Shown: positions 11,417-18,745 of the stretch, in pieces
Position numbering within the stretch: the first letter of the stretch is position 1
Layout of the letters: each line of letters starts with the position of its first letter
DNA from: an uncultured Pelagibacteraceae bacterium
GTDB lineage: Bacteria > Pseudomonadota > Alphaproteobacteria > Pelagibacterales > Pelagibacteraceae
Assembly: GCA_902551865.1 (NCBI GenBank)
Contig: CACDES010000001.1
Coordinates: forward strand, 1-61,076
Direction of reading: 5' to 3'
DNA length: 61,076 nucleotides
Notes under the pieces: generated by a model
The model's input: the letters and a program-made list of their open reading frames with translations, nothing else
What the model was told of the DNA's origin: nothing
Database searches by the model: none
Translations under genes and position numbers: made by a program

Positions 11417-12337
11417 TTATTTGTAAAATTTCATTTTTTTTGATCTATGTTTTTCATCTAAAAAAATAGTTAAGTCAGATATTTTATAAAATTCTTTCAT
11501 CATGTGTTTAGTTATTCTCTCATAAAACATAATAAATTCTCTTACTTTAGATTTTGACATAGTCTTTTTGCTTTTTGATGTCAATTTCAATTTTTGTTCC
11601 TGATGTAAGCGCCATTGAAATATATGATCAAAGCTTGGAGCTTTTAAATAAACTAATTTATCTATTTTATTAAAAAGTTTTTTATACTCTTTTTTTAAAT
11701 GATTATTAACCTTTTTTCTCCATTTAAGACTCTTATCATATTTTCTTTCAATTAGATTAATAGGTTTTTTAAGAAGATTATCCTGTTGTTTCGTCGCCCC
11801 AACACACCACCCTTCAAATATTATTATATTTGGGGCTTTTGTAACTTTTTTCCATTTAGATTTTATAAACCTGTCATCAGTTGATTTATCAAACCTAGGA
11901 ATGAAAACTGGTTTAAACTTATTTTTTTTAAGATTGGTCAAAGTTTTTTGAATTAAGCTTACATCATGAGTTCCTGGTACACCTCTTGTTAAAAATAAAG
12001 GATGAGCTTTTTTAGACATTTTTTTTCTTTCAGCTTTGGTTTTATAAAAATCATCAATTGAAAATACACAAAGTTCTAAACCGTACTTTCTTTTCAAAAT
12101 AAATTTTAAGATTTCAGTAATAGTACTTTTTCCAGCGCCTTGCCCACCTGATAATCCTATTGTTTTTGTTTTGTTGTCTTGCTCATAGATAGAATGAATC
12201 CATTCAGAAAGAGGTAAATAAAATGTATTTAGCTTTCCAATTTTATCTATTATAGGTTTTCCAGTTACCTCCTTTTTTTTTAAAAATTTTAAATATTTAT
12301 TTTTAATATCTAAATATTCAGCATCTTTTAAATTCAT
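11417..12337 (-). CDS. P-loop kinase, plant/cyanobacterial-type D-glycerate 3-kinase-like (GLYK/COG4240)
   Basis: GLSGGQGAGKST, SIDDFY, TRGVPGTHD, PRFDKSTDDR, IIFEGWCVG, WRLHQE. Confidence 0.7.
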   Translation of the reverse strand: MNLKDAEYLDIKNKYLKFLKKKEVTGKPIIDKIGKLNTFYLPLSEWIHSIYEQDNKTKTIGLSGGQGAGKSTITEILKFILKRKYGLELCVFSIDDFYKTKAERKKMSKKAHPLFLTRGVPGTHDVSLIQKTLTNLKKNKFKPVFIPRFDKSTDDRFIKSKWKKVTKAPNIIIFEGWCVGATKQQDNLLKKPINLIERKYDKSLKWRKKVNNHLKKEYKKLFNKIDKLVYLKAPSFDHIFQWRLHQEQKLKLTSKSKKTMSKSKVREFIMFYERITKHMMKEFYKISDLTIFLDEKHRSKKMKFYK

Positions 12338-12342
12338 TGTTA

Positions 12343-12705
12343 TTATTTTTTATCTAAAGGATGATTACGGCCATCGTTTATAGTTACATTTTCTAATTTC
12401 AAGGTGTCAATTTCTTCTATACATCCAAGATTAAATCCTGTCATAGCTGGATTTGCTCTTGGATGATGGTGCGTATAAATTCCACAAATAGAACAAAAAT
12501 AATGTTTGGCGACTTTAGAGTGAAATTGATAGAGTTTTAATCTATTTTCACCTTTAGTAATCTTAAAATTCTCATTTTTAACCATAGACATAATTGCACC
12601 TTTTCTTTTACAAATTGAACAATTGCACCTAAGAATTTTTTCTAGCTTATCCGGAACCTGAATTTCTGCCTCTACTGCTCCACAATGGCAACTAAGTTTT
12701 TTCAT
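12343..12705 (-). CDS. GFA/CENP-V family zinc-binding protein (glutathione-dependent formaldehyde-activating-like)
   Basis: CHCGAV, CNCSIC, HYFCSICG motifs. Confidence 0.88.
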   Translation of the reverse strand: MKKLSCHCGAVEAEIQVPDKLEKILRCNCSICKRKGAIMSMVKNENFKITKGENRLKLYQFHSKVAKHYFCSICGIYTHHHPRANPAMTGFNLGCIEEIDTLKLENVTINDGRNHPLDKK

Positions 12706-12831
12706 AAATTTCTCTCATTTTTAATGGATACTTAATTTTGCTACTACAAACTATCCACTGTTAAAAAAATATATAATTAATGTTCACGTTTTGATTCCCT
12801 TTTGACTCCTTTAAGGACTCTAAATACAACC

Positions 12832-13704
12832 TCAGTGTGTGATCTCATTTTCATTTAATATGTTATTACTGCTTTCTATCAATGCTTTGTGGTTCTCTCT
12901 CATAGAAACAATAAAAATAAGTAAATTAAAAAAAACTATTAAAATTTGAAAAATAATTACTATTGATCCTAATGTGTTAATTAAAAAAGATAACAATATA
13001 ATTATAAAAGTTGATCTTAATAAAACTGTATATTTAAAAACAGCAATTATTGAAAAAGAATGAACAACAAGGTTGAGAAGAGACATTTTAGAAGGACCAA
13101 AATATCTTAAGCCTCTTATTGAGTCTGTCTCATTAAGATTTGTTAAGTTTTTTTTTATAGAACCTGAAAAGCTACTCCATAAACTAGCTTTATCAGATAG
13201 AGTATTAATATCTTTCTTAGTTAAACAACTGTAGTTTCCAAAATTAACTTTTTTTGCAGTAAAAATTAAAGTTATTAATTTATGAATTTGATATAATGTT
13301 TGAAATATTAAGCCTTCAGATCTCTTTACTCTTTTAGCTACGACAGAATTTTCTGGCTTTTCGATTATTTTATTAATTAAATCTTTTATTTCAACTGGTC
13401 TATCTTCGCCATCACTATCCATAATAATTACATAATCAAATGTCTCGTTTGAATTAATGTATCTTAAACCAAGAGCATTACATCTTGCATGACCTTTGTT
13501 TTTTTTCATATTTATAATTTTTAATGCAGAAAAGCCTTTGGGCTTGAAAATCTCGGGTTGTTCTATTGTAGAACAGTCATTGACAATAATACATTTGAAT
13601 TCAAAATCTTTAAAATTTTTGATGACAGGATTTATTTCTTCTAATAGCTTAATAAGAGAGTCCCAGTCATTATAAGTGGGCATTAATATAATAATTTTTT
13701 TCAT
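12832..13704 (-). CDS. Family 2 glycosyltransferase, polyprenyl-phosphate sugar synthase-like (ArnC/GtrB/RgtE class)
   Basis: IILMPTYND, VNDCS, N-x-GH, MDSDGED; C-terminal hydrophobic helices. Start at ATG 13704 (ATGA overlap with the upstream gene). Confidence 0.8.
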   Translation of the reverse strand: MKKIIILMPTYNDWDSLIKLLEEINPVIKNFKDFEFKCIIVNDCSTIEQPEIFKPKGFSALKIINMKKNKGHARCNALGLRYINSNETFDYVIIMDSDGEDRPVEIKDLINKIIEKPENSVVAKRVKRSEGLIFQTLYQIHKLITLIFTAKKVNFGNYSCLTKKDINTLSDKASLWSSFSGSIKKNLTNLNETDSIRGLRYFGPSKMSLLNLVVHSFSIIAVFKYTVLLRSTFIIILLSFLINTLGSIVIIFQILIVFFNLLIFIVSMRENHKALIESSNNILNENEITH

Positions 13705-15071
13705 TTTTGACCTATCATACAATATCCTACTGGTTTAATTACCCCAAAAACACCTGGACAAACTTTTTTCAATATTTCAGGGTTTCCAGTATAAATAACT
13801 CCTTCATTAATTTTTATTTTTAAGGCTCCATTTTTTAGAGTATTCATCCATGTTGGTCTAGAATTTAGATGATAAGATAAATTTCCAGCATACCACTCAT
13901 CACCAATAACAATTTTAATTTCATTTCCAAAATTATTGTCCCATTTGTTTTGAACTAAACGAGCTATTTCCTTACCAGGATAATCTGTTCTTTTGTCAGT
14001 TTGCGATATTGATACATACAAATAGGCAGCTGGAGAAAGAATAAATAAAAATAAAAATACTGCAAAAAATTTATTGATTCCTTTTAAATTAATTTTTTTT
14101 TGAAAAAGATAAACAAACAGAACACCAAAGTATAAATAAAAAGGTGTCATCCACATTGTTCTTATTTTAACTCCCATAATTAATGAAGTTAAAAATATTA
14201 AAATTATTGGAAAAATGGTTATGCTTAATAAAAAAAATAATTTTTGGTCTTCAAATTTAAGTTTAGTTTTAAATTTTGATAGTAAAAATAAAAACATTAC
14301 AAAAAAAGGTATGAGTATACCTATTTGTTTTCCTAGAAATATAACAGGATGTAACAAGTGATCTAAGAGATTCTGGCTTCCTGTTCCTGTTCTATTAAGA
14401 CCATAAGTTATGGTAATATAATCATTTTCTATTAACCAGATCAAATGAGGAAATAAAATTAAAAAAAAAGGTATCAAAGAAAAAAGACTTTTAAAGCTAA
14501 TTCTTTTTTTAATAATCATATAGAAAAGAAATATATCTATTGCTGCAAGTAAATAGATAAATAAATACTTTGATAAAAATCCTAAGGCTGCAAACAAACC
14601 AAATAATAACCAGTCTAAAATTTTATCCTCTTTAAATCCTTTCCAAGCATATAAAACTGATAGAGCCCAAAAAGGTAATTGACAAACGTTTACATTAAAT
14701 TCTGGGCTTGTAAAATTATAAAAATAAATTCCTTCTAGAAGAAATACTGATATCAAAGAGTAAATTTGATTTTGAAAAAACTCTTTTGAAAATATCCAAA
14801 CAATAAAAAAAGCGGATACAACAAATATTTGGCTTAAAAAATAATATGCCCAATCTTGGTTTCCAAATATTTGAAAAAAAAACTCTAAAACTATCGCAAC
14901 TAATGGTGGATGCTTATTAAAACCCCAGTCTAAATTGCTCCCCCACGCTAAATGTTCAATAGTATCTAGGGGCAAATTCACATTTGATAGAGCTGGAATT
15001 AATGTCCAGACAATTAAATGAAAGGATATAAATACTACAAAAACCTTATTTATATTTTTTTTTACAATCAT
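13701..15071 (-). CDS. GT-C fold integral membrane glycosyltransferase (ArnT/GT83/GT39, RgtA-D-like)
   Basis: Multiple TM helices; D-x-x-E-H-L-A-W...WGFNKHPPL, LSKY, PHLIWL motifs; coupled to the GT2 gene. Confidence 0.8.
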   Translation of the reverse strand: MIVKKNINKVFVVFISFHLIVWTLIPALSNVNLPLDTIEHLAWGSNLDWGFNKHPPLVAIVLEFFFQIFGNQDWAYYFLSQIFVVSAFFIVWIFSKEFFQNQIYSLISVFLLEGIYFYNFTSPEFNVNVCQLPFWALSVLYAWKGFKEDKILDWLLFGLFAALGFLSKYLFIYLLAAIDIFLFYMIIKKRISFKSLFSLIPFFLILFPHLIWLIENDYITITYGLNRTGTGSQNLLDHLLHPVIFLGKQIGILIPFFVMFLFLLSKFKTKLKFEDQKLFFLLSITIFPIILIFLTSLIMGVKIRTMWMTPFYLYFGVLFVYLFQKKINLKGINKFFAVFLFLFILSPAAYLYVSISQTDKRTDYPGKEIARLVQNKWDNNFGNEIKIVIGDEWYAGNLSYHLNSRPTWMNTLKNGALKIKINEGVIYTGNPEILKKVCPGVFGVIKPVGYCMIGQK

Positions 15072-15100
15072 TACAGGAAATTAATACAATTTTTAAGCTA

Positions 15101-15128
15101 TTGACACGATTAAATTCAAACATATACT
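15101..15128 (+). promoter_or_regulatory. Sigma70-type promoter of dksA
   Basis: TTGACA-N16-TATACT, 14 bp before ATG 15143. Confidence 0.7.
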
Positions 15129-15142
15129 CCCCAAATTTAAAA

Positions 15143-15568
15143 ATGCTTAAAAAGAAAACAGTTAAAAAAAAGTATATCCCAAATTCTAAAGAAAAGTATA
15201 TGTGCTCTAAGCATAAAAAATACTTTACAGAAGAATTGATTAAATGGAAGAAAGAAATAATTAAATCAAATAATTTAGGTAATTTATTAAATTCTACTGA
15301 TGATAATATTTCATCTGCTGATATAGTAGATCAAGCTTCGTCTTACACTGATAAATCTGTAGAAATGAAAGCTCTAAATCGAAGTAGAAAATTAATTTCT
15401 AAGATAAATGCTGCATTACAAAGATTAAAAGAAGGAACTTATGGTTACTGTCAAGAAACAAGTGAACCAATTGGTTTAAAAAGATTAATGGCTAGACCAG
15501 TAGCTACTCTTTCAATTGAAGCTCAAGAAAAACATGAAAGAGATGAAAAAGTTTTTATTGAAGATTAA
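15143..15568 (+). CDS. dksA: RNA polymerase-binding protein DksA (single-Cys, zinc-finger-less alphaproteobacterial type)
   Basis: DIVDQA (DxxDxA) tip motif; GTYGYCQETSEPIGLKRLMARPVATLSIEAQE. The track's TTG start at 15101 is the -35 box, so the start is moved to ATG 15143. Confidence 0.93.
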   Translation: MLKKKTVKKKYIPNSKEKYMCSKHKKYFTEELIKWKKEIIKSNNLGNLLNSTDDNISSADIVDQASSYTDKSVEMKALNRSRKLISKINAALQRLKEGTYGYCQETSEPIGLKRLMARPVATLSIEAQEKHERDEKVFIED

Positions 15569-16191
15569 ACTTTAGGAATAACTTCATCTTTATTTAAAAG
15601 ATCATAGCCTTTTTGAACTGCCTCTCTTTTTGAGATTTGAGTATACCATCTTGTTAAATTAACATATTTTTTTAACCCAATATCGTGCCATTCATGTCTA
15701 GCTATCCAGGGAAATGTTGCGATGTCAGCAATTGTATAATTTAATCCTGCTAAAAATTTTGATTTAGACAGTCTGTCATCAAGCTCTTTATAAATTCTCT
15801 CTGAAATTTTAAAATATCTATTTTCACCAAATTCACTTTTGCCAGGATTATAATGATGAAATTGGTGGTGTTGTCCAAGCATTGGACCAATATATCCTAT
15901 TTGTCCCATTAACCATTGATTAATAATTATGCGTTGATCTTTATCATAAAATTTTCCACTTTTTTCCCCTAAATAAATTAAAATAGCTCCGGACTCAAAA
16001 ATGCTTAAATTTTTATCATGATCAATAATTACAGGTATTTTACTAAACGGACTTAATTTTTTAAATTCTGGTTTAAATTGTTCATTTTTATTTATATTTA
16101 TTTTCGTAACTTTATATTCATGCCCTATCTCTTCAAGCATAATTGAGATTTTCTTACCGTTTGGAGTATTAGCGGTAAGTAATTCGATCAT
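15565..16191 (-). CDS. Glutathione S-transferase, Nu class (YfcG/YghU-like)
   Basis: TPNGKK N-terminal motif, KIPVI, FESGAILIYL, YTIADIATFPW. Confidence 0.88.
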   Translation of the reverse strand: MIELLTANTPNGKKISIMLEEIGHEYKVTKININKNEQFKPEFKKLSPFSKIPVIIDHDKNLSIFESGAILIYLGEKSGKFYDKDQRIIINQWLMGQIGYIGPMLGQHHQFHHYNPGKSEFGENRYFKISERIYKELDDRLSKSKFLAGLNYTIADIATFPWIARHEWHDIGLKKYVNLTRWYTQISKREAVQKGYDLLNKDEVIPKV

Positions 16192-17204
16192 TTTTTTCCT
16201 AGTCTTCCCTGAATAGTTTTAGAGGAAGTAGTAAATTCAAATCTATATTTCTCGTTAGGCCTAGCTCTCTTAAAACATTCAACAGATGCTAAGGCAACCT
16301 CATGAAAACCGGATAAAATTAATTTTAATTTTCCAGGATAAGAACATATATCTCCAACTGCAAATATACCTTTTTTATTAGTTTCAAATTTTTCGGGATC
16401 CACATCGATAGTTTTTTTATCCATGTTAAGCCCCCATTCTGCTATTGGGCCAAGTTTCATGATTAATCCAAAAAAACTCAGTATTATATCTGTGTTTATT
16501 TTTTCTTTTTTTCCATCATCATATTTAATGTTAATTGACTCTATATTTTCGTTGCCAACTATGGAGTCAAGTTGACAAGGGGTTTTGATTAAAATTTTAC
16601 CTTCTTTTTCCTTCTTTTTTATTTCAGACAAAGTGTGCGGAGCGCCTCTAAAATCACTACGTCTATGAACTAGATAGATTTTTGAAAATTTTGAAAGTTC
16701 TAAAGCCCAATCTAAAGCAGAGTCCCCTCCACCAAAAATTGTAATATTTTTATTTTTAAAATTTTCTTTATTTTTTACTGAGTAAAATAAAGATTTACCT
16801 TCATACTTTTCGGCTTCTTTTACTGTTAATTTTCTTGGCTCAAAAGAGCCGACTCCTCCAGCTATAATTATATTAGGAGCTAAAAAATTATTGCTTTTAT
16901 TAGTTTTTACTATCCAATTGTCTTTTTCTTGTTTTACTTCATCCACTCTTTCATTTAAAAAAAATTTAGTTTTAAAAGGCTTGATTTGTTCAAGTAGTTT
17001 GCCTGTTAACTCTTCACCAGTGCATTCTGGAACTGCTGGAATATCATAAATAGGCTTATCTGGATAAAGTTCAATACATTGTCCTCCGGCTTTATCTAAA
17101 TTGTCAATCACTATAGATTTAAGACCTTTAATGCCTAGTTGATGAACTGCAAACAGTCCAACTGGTCCTGCGCCAATAATTATTACATCAGTTTTTATCA
17201 TCAA
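16188..17204 (-). CDS. Ferredoxin--NADP+ reductase, thioredoxin-reductase-like (YumC type)
   Basis: GAGPVG, GGQCIELYPDKPIYDIP, GGGDSALDWA, YPGKLKLILSGFHE; no CxxC; ferredoxin gene adjacent. Confidence 0.88.
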   Translation of the reverse strand: MMIKTDVIIIGAGPVGLFAVHQLGIKGLKSIVIDNLDKAGGQCIELYPDKPIYDIPAVPECTGEELTGKLLEQIKPFKTKFFLNERVDEVKQEKDNWIVKTNKSNNFLAPNIIIAGGVGSFEPRKLTVKEAEKYEGKSLFYSVKNKENFKNKNITIFGGGDSALDWALELSKFSKIYLVHRRSDFRGAPHTLSEIKKKEKEGKILIKTPCQLDSIVGNENIESINIKYDDGKKEKINTDIILSFFGLIMKLGPIAEWGLNMDKKTIDVDPEKFETNKKGIFAVGDICSYPGKLKLILSGFHEVALASVECFKRARPNEKYRFEFTTSSKTIQGRLGKK

Positions 17205-17521
17205 GATTGTTTTTCTGGCGTTGTTACGGTAAGCCCATCCAATTCTTCTGACACTATTAATTGACAGCTAAGTCTGCTATTTTTTTTTGGTTCAAATGCC
17301 ATATCAATCATATCTATCTCTCCTTCTTCCGCTTTAGGTAATTTATTAAACCATTTTTCTTCGACATAAACATGGCAAGTCGCACAGGCCATTGATCCTC
17401 CACAGTCAGCATCAATACCAGGAATATTGTTTTGTATAGCTCCTTCCATTACAGTAAGACCATTTTCTACCTCAATAGTTTTTGAGTTTTTATCTTTATC
17501 AACGTAAGTAATTTTTGTCAT
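17201..17521 (-). CDS. 2Fe-2S ferredoxin (adrenodoxin/putidaredoxin type)
   Basis: CGGSMACATCH ... SRLSCQ. Confidence 0.95.
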   Translation of the reverse strand: MTKITYVDKDKNSKTIEVENGLTVMEGAIQNNIPGIDADCGGSMACATCHVYVEEKWFNKLPKAEEGEIDMIDMAFEPKKNSRLSCQLIVSEELDGLTVTTPEKQS

Positions 17522-17532
17522 AAATTAAATTA

Positions 17533-17667
17533 TTAATAATAAGCTAAATAAATTGAAATGATTACAAACCAAAAAAAAGCGTAATATAAAATATATCCCT
17601 TAACAGTAAATGGCATTTTTTTTATCTTACGCTTGCCTTTTCCTTTATAGGGTTTTGAAAGTTCCAT
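17533..17667 (-). CDS. Putative 44-aa single-pass membrane microprotein (below ORF-track cutoff)
   Basis: Hand translation: MELSKPYKGKGKRKIKKMPFTVKGYILYYAFFWFVIISIYLAYY*. Fills the gap between the PR terminator and ferredoxin on the same strand. Confidence 0.55.
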   Translation of the reverse strand: MELSKPYKGKGKRKIKKMPFTVKGYILYYAFFWFVIISIYLAYY

Positions 17668-17694
17668 AGATATAAATATAATAAATACATAAAC

Positions 17695-17731
17695 AAAAAG
17701 GGCAAGTACACATAATGTACCTGCCCTTTTT
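17695..17731 (-). terminator. Rho-independent terminator of proteorhodopsin
   Basis: AAAAAGGGCAAGTACA-CATAA-TGTACCTGCCCTTTTT; the single mismatch becomes G:U on the minus strand, which is followed by a U-rich tail. Confidence 0.85.
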
Positions 17732-17748
17732 TTAAGCTTATTATCTAA

Positions 17749-18519
17749 TTATCTAGATGATAATCTTGTGTTTTGCATTGCAGCTGCCCAAATAACTAGA
17801 CCGAATGCGATCTTGTTAATAAAGTCAGCTAAATTGTAAATTATGTTCAATGCATTTGCATCTACGCCACCAGTTAGGTAACCGAATACATATCCTAAAG
17901 GATATATCGCCCAACCAATAGTTACGATTATTCTCATTGCGCTGAAAGCAGTAGTCATTGCTCTGTTTCCAGTTTTAGCAGCCATTGTGCCTGCTTCACC
18001 TGAGAATATTTCAAACAAGATATAAATCCATCCAGCCATTCCGATTACGAAACCTACAAATGGTTGTATGTAACCAGCTTCACCTAAGTATCCACCGACT
18101 AGCATTACTAATGAACCAATTAATAGTTTCCAGAATATTGAACTTGGTACTTTTCTCACAGCAGCCAAGATTAGATAGAATTCTACCATTTGAAGTGGAA
18201 CAGTAATTAACCAGTCAATATATCTGTATACTGTTGGCGTATCACCTGTTGTCACCCAAACTTCTCTCATATACATGTAGTGAACAAAAGCAACACCAGT
18301 AACTAGTCCAGCTACTGAAATTGATGTTCTCCATGATGCAGCTACAGTTCCTCTTTCAGCGAAAAAGAACACTGTTGTTGCAATCATACCCATAGATACG
18401 AGCCAAAACGATATACCAACGAAATCATCCGTTGCTAACATCGCAGTCGCTGCATTAGCTGAGCTAGTAATACCTAAAAAGGCAACTGCCGCTAAAGCAA
18501 GTAGACTTAATTTTCTCAT
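17749..18519 (-). CDS. Proteorhodopsin, blue-absorbing (Gln at the spectral tuning site), DTE proton pump
   Basis: Signal peptide; 7 TM; FVHY (His75 equivalent); RYIDWLITVPLQMVE (D97/T101/Q105/E108 equivalents); DFINK retinal Lys; strong SD GAGGGAGG. Confidence 0.98.
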   Translation of the reverse strand: MRKLSLLALAAVAFLGITSSANAATAMLATDDFVGISFWLVSMGMIATTVFFFAERGTVAASWRTSISVAGLVTGVAFVHYMYMREVWVTTGDTPTVYRYIDWLITVPLQMVEFYLILAAVRKVPSSIFWKLLIGSLVMLVGGYLGEAGYIQPFVGFVIGMAGWIYILFEIFSGEAGTMAAKTGNRAMTTAFSAMRIIVTIGWAIYPLGYVFGYLTGGVDANALNIIYNLADFINKIAFGLVIWAAAMQNTRLSSR

Positions 18520-18745
18520 GAAAACCTCCCTCGTTAGTTAGTTTTCTTTTTTAGTTTAATATTAAACTATTCAATAAATGATTAACTCTTCATTTACGAA
18601 TTAGTTGGCCGAACCATAATAAATATTGAAGTTACAGTGAAGCGTTTTTTTGCTTAAAAAACCCTGATTTTATTGGATTTTTTGTTTTTTTTTGGGGATA
18701 TTTATGAAATACTCTTAAATAAATTAACTTTTTTGAGGGAACGAT

